DNA of 52,456 bases from Lysobacterales bacterium (GTDB lineage Bacteria; Pseudomonadota; Gammaproteobacteria; Xanthomonadales; Marinicellaceae), in NCBI GenBank assembly GCA_020442665.1, contig JAGRJP010000018.1:1-52456 (forward strand). The letters run 5' to 3'. The number at the start of each line of letters is the position of its first letter. The first letter of the stretch is position 1. Shown here one piece after another: positions 44,541 through 52,456 of the stretch. A program made the position numbers and the translations under genes. Below the pieces are notes generated by a model, which was given only the letters and a program-made list of their open reading frames with translations, did no database searches and had not been told where the DNA came from.

Positions 44541-44617
44541 CGTCATTCCCGCGAAAGCGGGAATCTCCTTAATCTATAGTATTTGTATACGAGATTCCTG
44601 CCTGCGCAGGAATGACG
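44541..44617. repeat. Pair of inverted REP-like hairpins (ATTCC-N-GGAAT type)
   Basis: CGTCATTCCCGCGAAAGCGGGAATCTC (44541..44567) and GAGATTCCTGCCTGCGCAGGAATGACG (44591..44617). Each is a hairpin on its own, and the two are imperfect reverse complements of each other. They lie between ahcY and metF. Confidence 0.8.
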
Positions 44618-44640
44618 AGAAATTAAAGAGAAGGTTAACA

Positions 44641-45474
44641 ATGAGAAAAGCAAAAATCAGTTTTGAATTCTTTCCTGCGAGAACTGACGAGCAAAAAATT
44701 ATATTGCAAGACACTCAGGAGAAGTTGCGAAAACTCGAGCCTGATTTTTTCTCAGTCACATTTGGTGCCGGAGGATCGACAATTGATGCAACGGTTGAGA
44801 CCGTGTTGGAACTAAAAAAACACCCCAATCCAATAGTTATTCCCCACTTATCATGTATGGGTGGAACTCCAGAATCCATAAAGAACCTGCTACAAAATTA
44901 TCTCGACCATAAGATCAATGACATTCTGGCTCTCAGAGGTGATGTTCCATCCGGTATGGGTTCTATAGGTTATTTCCGTCACGCCAATGAATTGATAGAA
45001 TATATCAAAAGTGAATTTAACGATCAATTCAGAATCACTGTCGGTTGTTATCCTGAAATTCATCCCGAATCAGAAACCATGGAAAGTGAGCTCAAATTCT
45101 TCAAGAAGAAAGTCGATGCCGGTGCCACACAAGCAATCACACAGTTCTTTTTTAATGCCGATTCCTATTTTGCATTTTTTGATGAATGCATTAAAAAGAA
45201 TATTGATATTCCAATTATCCCCGGTATTATGCCAATTACCAATTTTAGCAATATCAATCGTTTTTGTGGATTCTGTGGAGCAGAAATGCCAAGGTGGTTA
45301 AGGTATAAATTACAAAGTTACGGCGATGATAGAAAATCCATTCAGCAGTTTGGAAACGATTTTATTACTGGACTTTGCGAAAACTTGCTCAATCAAGGCG
45401 CTCCCGGATTGCATTTTTATACACTAAATCGTTCAAAAGCTACTTTGGATATTGTTGAAAGTTTAAAACTTTGA
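44641..45474 (+). CDS. metF: 5,10-methylenetetrahydrofolate reductase
   Basis: 277 aa. SFEFFP, FSVTFGAGGST, LALRGD and QFFFN. It follows ahcY as in Pseudomonas. Confidence 0.9.
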   Translation: MRKAKISFEFFPARTDEQKIILQDTQEKLRKLEPDFFSVTFGAGGSTIDATVETVLELKKHPNPIVIPHLSCMGGTPESIKNLLQNYLDHKINDILALRGDVPSGMGSIGYFRHANELIEYIKSEFNDQFRITVGCYPEIHPESETMESELKFFKKKVDAGATQAITQFFFNADSYFAFFDECIKKNIDIPIIPGIMPITNFSNINRFCGFCGAEMPRWLRYKLQSYGDDRKSIQQFGNDFITGLCENLLNQGAPGLHFYTLNRSKATLDIVESLKL

Positions 45475-45499
45475 AGTTAAACCGGGAATAATTTTAGAT

Positions 45500-45976
45500 T
45501 TATTTAAAAAATTTAACTCTGGGAGTTGCTCTGAACTTTGCAGATTGAATCAAAACTCTAGTCAAAAACAGTCCCAGAACAAATCCAATCACTCCGCCAA
45601 TATCGCCATTCAATCCAGAAATTGAAAAGACGATATATCCGCTAATCAGAAAAAATACGATTGCTAATATGGGCATCCCATAAAGTATCAAAGCATATTT
45701 AAGTAGCTGAAATTCCTGTAATTCAACTCCAATAATGTCATTGTTTTTGAAAGAGTTTTCCGAAAAAAACTGTTCATAGTCATAAAGGTGTGAAAATGGT
45801 AAATTTTTCTCTGAGTTTTTACCTACTTTAAGAATTCCATCAGAATCTTTTTTGAAAAGAAAACTTAAAAAGCCATCTGAGCAACTGTTTTTACAGTCAG
45901 TACATTTGGCTTTTTCTTCAAGTTTTAAAGTGACAATCTCAGAATCGATACTGAGAATTTTAGCAAGTTTTATCAC
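45500..45976 (-). CDS. rseC: RseC/MucC-family sigma-E regulatory membrane protein
   Basis: 158 aa with an N-terminal Cys cluster (CTDCKNSCSDG) and two C-terminal TM helices. Its start overlaps the rseA stop. Confidence 0.6.
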   Translation of the reverse strand: MIKLAKILSIDSEIVTLKLEEKAKCTDCKNSCSDGFLSFLFKKDSDGILKVGKNSEKNLPFSHLYDYEQFFSENSFKNNDIIGVELQEFQLLKYALILYGMPILAIVFFLISGYIVFSISGLNGDIGGVIGFVLGLFLTRVLIQSAKFRATPRVKFFK

Positions 45977-46638
45977 TCACTAATATCCTTGATCGTCATT
46001 GGTGTTTGTTGGTTGTTGTCTTTCCCTTGCTCATTTTCATCAACGTAGAAAATATATGAAACCACTGCCGGTTGTGAAAAATTATGCGCATAAACATTGT
46101 TTGAGCGCGTAGCAGAAACAGATGGAAAACGACTTAAAGACGGAGGAGGAACCAGTATCTGTCCACCACTGGCAGCTGCCAAATTTGCAGAAATATTTGT
46201 ATCCGGAGCAGTCAGTCCTTCCGATTTTTTATCATTAACAACAATAATATTACTTCCATTAACTTCCACTCCATTGGCTTCATTATCCAATGTGCGATTT
46301 TGAATCATCATAACTGATAGAAATGCCACGCTGGCAGCAATTCCCATTCCCAAAACAGGTTTAAGTGACTTCATCCATCTTCTTTCATTCACTTGAGCTG
46401 TATTATGACTATCAGTGTGCTGCTCTCTTCTTAATATGTTTCCAACTTCTGAAGCGATATCAAAAACTAATGGCTCATCCTTTTCTTTTTGTAAACAAGA
46501 TTTAATCAAATGATAATTATTCCATGTTTCCGATAATGAATCATCGGCAGCCATGCGTTTTAACAGAAATTTACTGGCATTAATTTCTAATTCGCCATCC
46601 ATTAAATTGGAAATCTGTTGTTTTGATTTATCTGACAT
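45973..46638 (-). CDS. rseA: Anti-sigma-E factor RseA/MucA
   Basis: Start set at the internal ATG 46638 (MSDKSKQQISNLMDGELE...WNNYHLIKSCL). This matches the RseA N-terminal sigma-binding motif (LSALMDGE...W..YHLI). One central TM helix is present. The longer track ORF (to 46731) would overlap rpoE by about 100 nt. Confidence 0.78.
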   Translation of the reverse strand: MSDKSKQQISNLMDGELEINASKFLLKRMAADDSLSETWNNYHLIKSCLQKEKDEPLVFDIASEVGNILRREQHTDSHNTAQVNERRWMKSLKPVLGMGIAASVAFLSVMMIQNRTLDNEANGVEVNGSNIIVVNDKKSEGLTAPDTNISANLAAASGGQILVPPPSLSRFPSVSATRSNNVYAHNFSQPAVVSYIFYVDENEQGKDNNQQTPMTIKDISE

Positions 46639-47233
46639 AATTTGCTCTCTGTTGTTCTTTTTGTAATACGGGCTTGAGTGCTGCTTCAATCGCATCTCGT
46701 GCCCTGAATATTCTGGATCGGACGGTTCCAATCGGACATTGCATTTTTTCAGCTATTTCCTCATAACTCATGCCATCGACTTCTCTTAAAATTATGGCAT
46801 TCTTTAAGTTATCAGGTAGTGAATTGATTGAATCATGAACGACTTTCTCAACCTCCTGACGCTGATACTCAGCTTCCGGGGTTGCGAAGTTTTGTTTTTC
46901 AAAACCACCGGAGTAATTTTCAGCTTCTGTGGGCTCTATATCACTGTTTTGGATACGTCTTCCTTTAGCCACCAGATGATTCTTTGCAGTGTTAATAGCA
47001 ATTCGATAAATCCATGTGTAAAAAGCCGAATCACCACGAAATTTGGGAAGTGCTTTATAAACCTTTATAAAAACATCCTGTGTAACATCTTGAATCTCAT
47101 GGTAATCCTTGATCAGTTTGGAGACAACGCCTGCAACTTTCTGCTGATAACGCTGAACCAACAACTCAAAGGCTTTAATATCGCCTCTTTGAGCTTGTTT
47201 AACCAGTTCTAAATCCAGTGCCTTATCAGACAT
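46628..47233 (-). CDS. rpoE: ECF sigma factor RpoE/AlgU (sigma-24)
   Basis: MSDKALDLELVKQAQRGDIKAFELLVQRYQQKV aligns residue-for-residue with the E. coli and Pseudomonas RpoE N-termini, so I prefer ATG 47233 over ATG 47263 (10 codons longer). Region 2 (FYTWIYRIAINTAKN) and region 4 (SYEEIAEKMQCPIGTVRSRIFRAR) are present. Confidence 0.9.
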   Translation of the reverse strand: MSDKALDLELVKQAQRGDIKAFELLVQRYQQKVAGVVSKLIKDYHEIQDVTQDVFIKVYKALPKFRGDSAFYTWIYRIAINTAKNHLVAKGRRIQNSDIEPTEAENYSGGFEKQNFATPEAEYQRQEVEKVVHDSINSLPDNLKNAIILREVDGMSYEEIAEKMQCPIGTVRSRIFRARDAIEAALKPVLQKEQQRANYVR

Positions 47234-47273
47234 ATCTTCAACTTGTTCCTGTTTTTCGTTCATGTTTGTGTGC

Positions 47274-47300
47274 TAAGACAGTGCTCCTGATAAAAAGTTT
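47274..47300 (-). promoter_or_regulatory. Candidate sigma-E-dependent autoregulated promoter
   Basis: On the minus strand it reads AAACTT (47300..47295), 16 nt, then TCTTA (47278..47274). This is close to the GAACTT-N16/17-TCTNA pattern known for rpoE/algU promoters. A usable leader exists only if rpoE starts at 47233. Confidence 0.45.
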
Positions 47301-47344
47301 AATATTTCGTTAAATTTATAATTATTTTTTGGAAAGGTTAGTGA

Positions 47345-49942
47345 TTAGCCCATTAAATCAATCTTTTCTTGTAAGATTCGGTCAATTTCATTCTCCGGCA
47401 ATGGTCTTGAAAATAAAAAGCCTTGAAAGTACTCACACCTTCGTTCTAACAAGTACTCTCGTTGTTCCTCTGTCTCAACACCTTCAGCAATCAACTTTCT
47501 GTTTAACCTTTTAGCAATACCGATGGTTGCATCCAGAATGGCTTCATCCTCAGGATTAAGACCGATATTTGTAACAAAAGTTTGATCAATTTTGATATAA
47601 GTGGCCGGAATTTTCTTTACATAATCCAAACTGGAATGACCTGTTCCAAAATCATCAATAGATAAAGTACAACCAATTTTTACTATAGCGTTTAGGGACT
47701 CAACCAGATTGGGCACTGAGTTAATATCAATAGTTTCGGTAATTTCAAAATCAATATTATTTGGCATTACACCTGTTGAATTTATGATTTTCTCGATTTT
47801 TTTAGATAATGTTTTATCTTTGAGTTGTACCGGTGACACATTTATCGAACAATTCAAATTTAAATTAAAATCTTTTTGCCATTGAATCACTTTTTTGCAG
47901 ACAGCTTTGATTATGAATTCACCAATTTCATTAATAAGTCCTGTTTCCTCAGCCAGAGGAATAAAGTGCCCTGGATTTATCATTCCTAATGTCGGATCAA
48001 GCCAACGGACCAATGCTTCAAAACCCACTATATCTTCTGTGATAGCATCTATTTTAGGTTGATAAAAGACTTTAATGTGATTATCTCGAATTGCTTTCTT
48101 GAGATTTTCCTCCATCTGAATCTTTTTCTGAAGCGCTTTTCCGGTTTCTGAAAATTTATAAATCACATAATTGTTTTTTCCGGATAATTTCGCATCATAC
48201 ATTGCCAAATCTGCATTCTTCATCATGCTAGATACTGTTTGGCCTTCATCCGGAAAAATAGAAACTCCGATATTAACATCGACTTTCTCTTCTTCACCTG
48301 AACTCATTAATATTGGTTGGCCAAGTGACTTGATAAGGGCTTTCGCTAATGCTTCAGAGCGACTTTTTTCATCATGAGGGTTGAGCATTACCATAAACTC
48401 ATCACCGGAAAGACGATAAACCACACCGGCCGAGCGAACGGTTTTACTAATGAGCAGTGAAAAGCTACGAAGCAATTGGTTAGTTAAGTCAATCCCAAGA
48501 CTTTTGTTGTAAACATTCAATTTATGCAGATTGACTATCATCAACGATATGTATTTATCGTCTTCAATGCCATGCTTGTTTAATTCAGCAAATTTTTTGG
48601 TAACCGCATTTCGATTTGGTAACCCCGTTAATTTATCAAGAAAGCCTTCCATTTCTTTTTGCTCAACAATTTTTTTCTGGAACAATTTATATCGACATCG
48701 GCTCACTAAATTGTTGATCACAAAGCGAGTTGGCATCCAATCAATTTTGTTAAGCTTACTCCCAATGACAATCGCTCCATAGGGCATGCTGCTGTCAATA
48801 ATCGGGAAAAAACCAAAACTTTTTAGTTTCATTCTTTCAAGCAACTGATTATCTATTTCCTCATTTTCAATTAGTGATGGATAAAGTGTTTCATCTCCAT
48901 TTTTTATTAATTTGAGTATTTCCTGATTGTGAGTTTTAATAAAATCAACAATTTGTTTGGTATCACCACTAAAAGTAGGTTTTAACAGTTTATTGTTGTT
49001 AAACTCGAAAAGTAAAAGAAAATCGACAGCTAAAAAATTTCTGATTTGTTCAAATAAAACATTGGCTTTTGAAGATAAAACATCAGCCTGTTGGATTTGA
49101 TCAATTAAATCAATAATCTCATCTGAGACTTGTTTCTGGCTACAGCGATCAAAATAACCATGATAAACAATTTCAGAGTTGAAAACTCCGGCTTGGTATT
49201 CAACAGTTAAATTTTCGACTTTGCCATGAATTTGCGAGGAAACTTGAAAACTTACTTTTTCGCTTGAAGTTAACTCTTTCACATAATCCAAATACGAAGA
49301 TTGGCTTTCTTCAACATCCAATTCGCTCCAATGCTTGCCTATTAATGCGCTTTGATCTTTTTGTAAAAGCTCGCATAGAGCCTGATTGACATGAGTAATT
49401 TTTTGGTTTTCAGCTTTTACAATTAGTTGAGGTTTACTGGAATCTGTAAACAATAATTCCCAAACTTCATTACTTTGCAATTGAGGCTCGGGTTTTAAGG
49501 GTTTCACCCCTTGCCGGTTTGGAGTGCTTATTACTTCTTGTTTAACACTCGGCTGTTTATCCGGTGAACTTGACTCCTTCAAACAAGCAAGCAGTTGCTT
49601 CTGTTCTAAAGGTTCATTGATAATTGCATTAGCTATCTGCTGATATTGTTTTAAAAAGGCTTTTTGAACCGGATAATTTTGTTTAATTACCAGTATCACT
49701 CTGATATTTTTAAACTTGTGAGTCAATCGGTGCAATTCTTTAGGATGATTGACAAACACCTCTGAACACTCAATGACCAATAAATTAATCTCTGCTGTTG
49801 ACAATATATCTTTGACTTCGTTGAGATCATCAGCCGTTTGAGACTTTGAGCGACCTTCTTGCGAGAAGATTTTTTTACATATTCCAACAGAGTCGCGGTC
49901 GCTCAGACATATCAAAGGAGTCAATGAATGTATATCAATCAT
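47345..49942 (-). CDS. Multidomain c-di-GMP protein: REC-like / PAS / GAF-like / GGDEF (SGDEF) / EAL (FimX-like architecture)
   Basis: 865 aa. The N-terminal pseudo-receiver has LLVIECSE where the phospho-Asp would be. A PAS-like segment and a GAF-like middle follow. The GGDEF domain has the motif RLSGDEF. The EAL domain carries EALVRW, N in NVSP, EITE, DDFGTG, KID, EGVET and QG. Confidence 0.85.
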   Translation of the reverse strand: MIDIHSLTPLICLSDRDSVGICKKIFSQEGRSKSQTADDLNEVKDILSTAEINLLVIECSEVFVNHPKELHRLTHKFKNIRVILVIKQNYPVQKAFLKQYQQIANAIINEPLEQKQLLACLKESSSPDKQPSVKQEVISTPNRQGVKPLKPEPQLQSNEVWELLFTDSSKPQLIVKAENQKITHVNQALCELLQKDQSALIGKHWSELDVEESQSSYLDYVKELTSSEKVSFQVSSQIHGKVENLTVEYQAGVFNSEIVYHGYFDRCSQKQVSDEIIDLIDQIQQADVLSSKANVLFEQIRNFLAVDFLLLFEFNNNKLLKPTFSGDTKQIVDFIKTHNQEILKLIKNGDETLYPSLIENEEIDNQLLERMKLKSFGFFPIIDSSMPYGAIVIGSKLNKIDWMPTRFVINNLVSRCRYKLFQKKIVEQKEMEGFLDKLTGLPNRNAVTKKFAELNKHGIEDDKYISLMIVNLHKLNVYNKSLGIDLTNQLLRSFSLLISKTVRSAGVVYRLSGDEFMVMLNPHDEKSRSEALAKALIKSLGQPILMSSGEEEKVDVNIGVSIFPDEGQTVSSMMKNADLAMYDAKLSGKNNYVIYKFSETGKALQKKIQMEENLKKAIRDNHIKVFYQPKIDAITEDIVGFEALVRWLDPTLGMINPGHFIPLAEETGLINEIGEFIIKAVCKKVIQWQKDFNLNLNCSINVSPVQLKDKTLSKKIEKIINSTGVMPNNIDFEITETIDINSVPNLVESLNAIVKIGCTLSIDDFGTGHSSLDYVKKIPATYIKIDQTFVTNIGLNPEDEAILDATIGIAKRLNRKLIAEGVETEEQREYLLERRCEYFQGFLFSRPLPENEIDRILQEKIDLMG

Positions 49943-50426
49943 CGGCGGGAACCCATTTTGAATCTCTCAGTTTGTATCTTTGCATTCCTTTACTTGAGAG
50001 TTCGACTTCTTCGGCATGTTTAAAGAGGAAATTTAATTGGCTATCTTCATCAACTAAAAACAATAGTCGTGTGTTTTTGTCCGTTTTCAGCCACATCAAG
50101 GCTGATGGCAGAGTCATTTTTATTTCATTAAAGTTTTCTTCTGTGTAAGCAGGAAAAACATAAACGGCGAAATAATGATTTCGTTGAGCATATTTTAAGG
50201 CTTCCAGCAAGCCTTTTGTTCCCGGAAGTGGAGCTTCACCGGATTTAATATTTTTTAACCCCGACCCAAATTTCCAAACATAAATCGTCATTCCGGAGTG
50301 AACAGACATCACTCTAAGGGTTTCAATGAGTTCTTCGGAACGATCACTGATAATGTACTGACAAACATCCGCCTCGCGAAGACTGTTTTCGATTTTTTGC
50401 GAGACTGAAAGCGGAAAGCGTGACAT
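49935..50426 (-). CDS. Hypothetical 163-aa cytoplasmic protein (no family recognised)
   Basis: The ORF starts 2 nt after the pilZ stop and overlaps the start of the GGDEF-EAL gene by 8 nt. It has no TM helix or signal peptide and appears mixed alpha/beta (…GMTIYVWKFGSGL…HYFAVYVFPAY…RLLFLVDED…). Confidence 0.6.
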   Translation of the reverse strand: MSRFPLSVSQKIENSLREADVCQYIISDRSEELIETLRVMSVHSGMTIYVWKFGSGLKNIKSGEAPLPGTKGLLEALKYAQRNHYFAVYVFPAYTEENFNEIKMTLPSALMWLKTDKNTRLLFLVDEDSQLNFLFKHAEEVELSSKGMQRYKLRDSKWVPADD

Positions 50427-50428
50427 AT

Positions 50429-50788
50429 TTACATTGTTTCAGTTGGAAGGTTGTCTCCTTTATAAGGGGCGAGCATTGTTTCTATCTTCGTTCTGATTTG
50501 CTCCATATCAGCATTATCTGCAAACTGAACTCCGATACCTGCATGTTTCATTCCACCGGAACCTAATGGCGTAATCCATACTACTTTTCCGGTTACCGGA
50601 ACTTTTTCTTCTCCCATCAAAGACAATAACAAAAACACATCATCTCCCAGATTATAAGAGTTTTGAGTTTTTATAAAAATTCCGCCATTTTCAATAAACG
50701 GCATATACAATTTATGCAATTCAGCAACATCTTTTATATCACAGGATAATATCCCTTTTTTTGCCATCCCGGCACCCATAAATGCCAT
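50429..50788 (-). CDS. pilZ: Type IV pilus assembly protein PilZ (PA2960-type)
   Basis: 119 aa, colinear with P. aeruginosa PilZ as I remember it (GILS..IKD...L...YMPFI.NGG.FI.T...Y.LGD.VF.LL.LM.E..K.PV.GKV.WITP.G.....AGIGVQF......R.KIE..L......PT.TM). It lies downstream of tmk-holB as in Pseudomonas. Confidence 0.88.
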   Translation of the reverse strand: MAFMGAGMAKKGILSCDIKDVAELHKLYMPFIENGGIFIKTQNSYNLGDDVFLLLSLMGEEKVPVTGKVVWITPLGSGGMKHAGIGVQFADNADMEQIRTKIETMLAPYKGDNLPTETM

Positions 50789-50898
50789 ATCAAAAATGTC
50801 CTCTTATTAGTTTATAACAATACATTAATTCACATATCATATTACTTTTGTGGTTATTGCACAACTTGTGAGGATTGAATACTTTCAGAAATTATCCT

Positions 50899-51843
50899 TT
50901 ATGTTGGAAACGATTGCTTCCAACTGATAAGTAGCTCTTCAATCAGTAACTCAGTCTTAAGAGATTTATTATTCAATTTTAAAAATCGGAAGAAATTTTG
51001 AATCAAACTATATAATTGTTGAGTACTGAATTGAGTGAATTTATCGTTTGTTGGTACATCAGCAAACATTTTAGTTTTTATTATCTGCATAAGATGATTT
51101 GCAAGATAAGGGAACATTTGCAATGACTCTTCTTCAAGCCAGTTTTTGGTAACTTCAAGGATGTTTTTTGTTCCATGAGCAAGCTCTAAAAGCTCATCCA
51201 ACATCTGTTCACACTTTTCCAAATGATTAAGTTCAAGAAATTGTTTTGTCGCGAGTGGTGTCGAATTCGTATAACTTAGAGCTTGTTCAATTTGTTGCTC
51301 TGAGAAATCTGTGCTATCCAGCAACCATTTCTTTGAGATTAACCTTTGAGGCAAATCAATATTAATTTTCAGACAACGACTTTTAATCGTAGGTAGCAAA
51401 CGACCTGTATCATCAGCGGTTAAAATGATAACTGCATTGGCTGGAGGTTCTTCCAAAGTTTTCAACAAAGCATTAGTAGAGGCCGAATTCATCCGTTCAG
51501 CGTTTTCAATGATTGCGAAGCGATAATTTCCGCGGGAAGAACTCAAGATTAAATCTTTAGACAGCTGACGTATCTGTGCAACTTTGATTACATCATCTTC
51601 GGTTGAAATCATCTTCAAATCAGTATGATTTCCGGCATTGAATAACTGACAAGATTTACAGGATTCACAAACCTGGTTTCCCTGCAAATTATCACACAAC
51701 GCCATTTTTGCCATTTGATAAACCAAATTTTTCTTGCCAACTCCTTTTGAACCACTCACTAATAAAGCATGCGGAATTTTATTCCCAGCAAGCAATTTCT
51801 GCCATTGTTCAATTCGCTCAACAAGCCAAGGGAGTTCATTCAT
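50899..51843 (-). CDS. holB: DNA polymerase III delta-prime subunit
   Basis: 314 aa. HALLVSGSKGVGK, the zinc-module-like CESCKSCQLFNAGNHTD, NALLKTLEEPP and SRC. Confidence 0.88.
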   Translation of the reverse strand: MNELPWLVERIEQWQKLLAGNKIPHALLVSGSKGVGKKNLVYQMAKMALCDNLQGNQVCESCKSCQLFNAGNHTDLKMISTEDDVIKVAQIRQLSKDLILSSSRGNYRFAIIENAERMNSASTNALLKTLEEPPANAVIILTADDTGRLLPTIKSRCLKINIDLPQRLISKKWLLDSTDFSEQQIEQALSYTNSTPLATKQFLELNHLEKCEQMLDELLELAHGTKNILEVTKNWLEEESLQMFPYLANHLMQIIKTKMFADVPTNDKFTQFSTQQLYSLIQNFFRFLKLNNKSLKTELLIEELLISWKQSFPT

Positions 51844-52456
51844 AACAAATGCCTTTTATGCTTATTAAGAGCTTTCTGGATTAAGGTTTTAACTTCAGGA
51901 ATTGACTTTGCAGAATCTATGATGGCATATCTTTGCGGATGAATCTTAGCTTTTTTACGATATCCTTCGGCAATTCTATGAAAAAACTCAATGCCTTCCT
52001 GTTCAATACGGTCGGCTTGTCCTCGAGATTTGATTCTTTTAAGCCCAATTTCAGGATCAATATCCATTAACAAAGTCAAATCAGGCTGAATATCTCCGAC
52101 GATAAAATCATCAAACCATTTGACCACTTCGAATCCCAGTTGCCTACCCTCACCTTGATAGGCATAACTGGCATCAACATATCGATCAGAAACTACCCAT
52201 TGTCCCCGTTTAAGTGCCGGTTTAATCACATTCTCGATATGTTCATTTCGGGATGCAAACATGAGCAACAACTCCGTTTTTGGATGCAAATGCTCAGAAT
52301 GAAGCAAAATATCACGAATTTTTTCCGCATTTTCTTCACCACCCGGTTCCCGAGTGACAATATAATCCACGTTCCATTCATCCAACTTTTGACAAAGAGT
52401 TTTGAGAGCCGTGGTTTTACCCGCTCCTTCCGAACCTTCCAAAGTAATCAAGCGGG
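51840..52456 (-). CDS. tmk: Thymidylate kinase (5' end just beyond the right edge)
   Basis: ...ITLEGSEGAGKTT (P-loop), TREPGG, DRY and the lid region RGQADRIE. The reading frame is still open at the window edge, so the TTG given in the track is probably not the real start. Confidence 0.9.
   Translation of the reverse strand, partial: RLITLEGSEGAGKTTALKTLCQKLDEWNVDYIVTREPGGEENAEKIRDILLHSEHLHPKTELLLMFASRNEHIENVIKPALKRGQWVVSDRYVDASYAYQGEGRQLGFEVVKWFDDFIVGDIQPDLTLLMDIDPEIGLKRIKSRGQADRIEQEGIEFFHRIAEGYRKKAKIHPQRYAIIDSAKSIPEVKTLIQKALNKHKRHLL

Overview
This is a low-GC gammaproteobacterial chromosomal segment, mostly core genes, and much of the gene order resembles Pseudomonas. From left to right: (1) The type IV pilus chemosensory genes pilJ' (partial), pilI and pilG lie divergent from gshB, a tonB3-like gene, yqgE, ruvX and pyrB. 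(2) A minus-strand block carries ovoA (ovothiol synthase), a small membrane protein, a PLP enzyme and a polytopic membrane protein. (3) Next are a TraB-family gene, then dusB translationally coupled to a 924-aa DUF349 gene. (4) An exported vWA protein, a MoxR ATPase and a membrane glutaredoxin follow. (5) A DesT/FabR-like repressor precedes a ferredoxin-reductase and two tandem paralogous acyl-CoA-type desaturases. (6) About 1.6 kb of repeat-filled non-core DNA holds one orphan HEPN-like gene split over two reading frames. (7) ychF, a 167-nt nested-hairpin element, a DksA/TraR zinc-finger gene with an SQR-family flavoprotein, mrcB and a Met-rich exported protein follow. (8) RNase P RNA (rnpB), relA, a hutF-like gene, rpoZ, spoT and ridA come next. 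(9) A secreted S8 protease faces a secreted protein, followed by a 25-aa-repeat protein coupled to an acyltransferase. (10) metK, ahcY and metF follow. (11) The rpoE-rseA-rseC operon has no rseB. (12) The window ends with tmk', holB, pilZ, an unknown 163-aa gene and a REC-like/PAS/GGDEF/EAL gene. No transposase, integrase, tRNA, rRNA or CRISPR array was seen. The most interesting candidates are the split HEPN-like island bracketed by perfect 26-nt inverted repeats, the pilZ-orf163-FimX-like operon, and the putative ovothiol operon. All calls come from reading the sequence and remembered family motifs. No database search was run.
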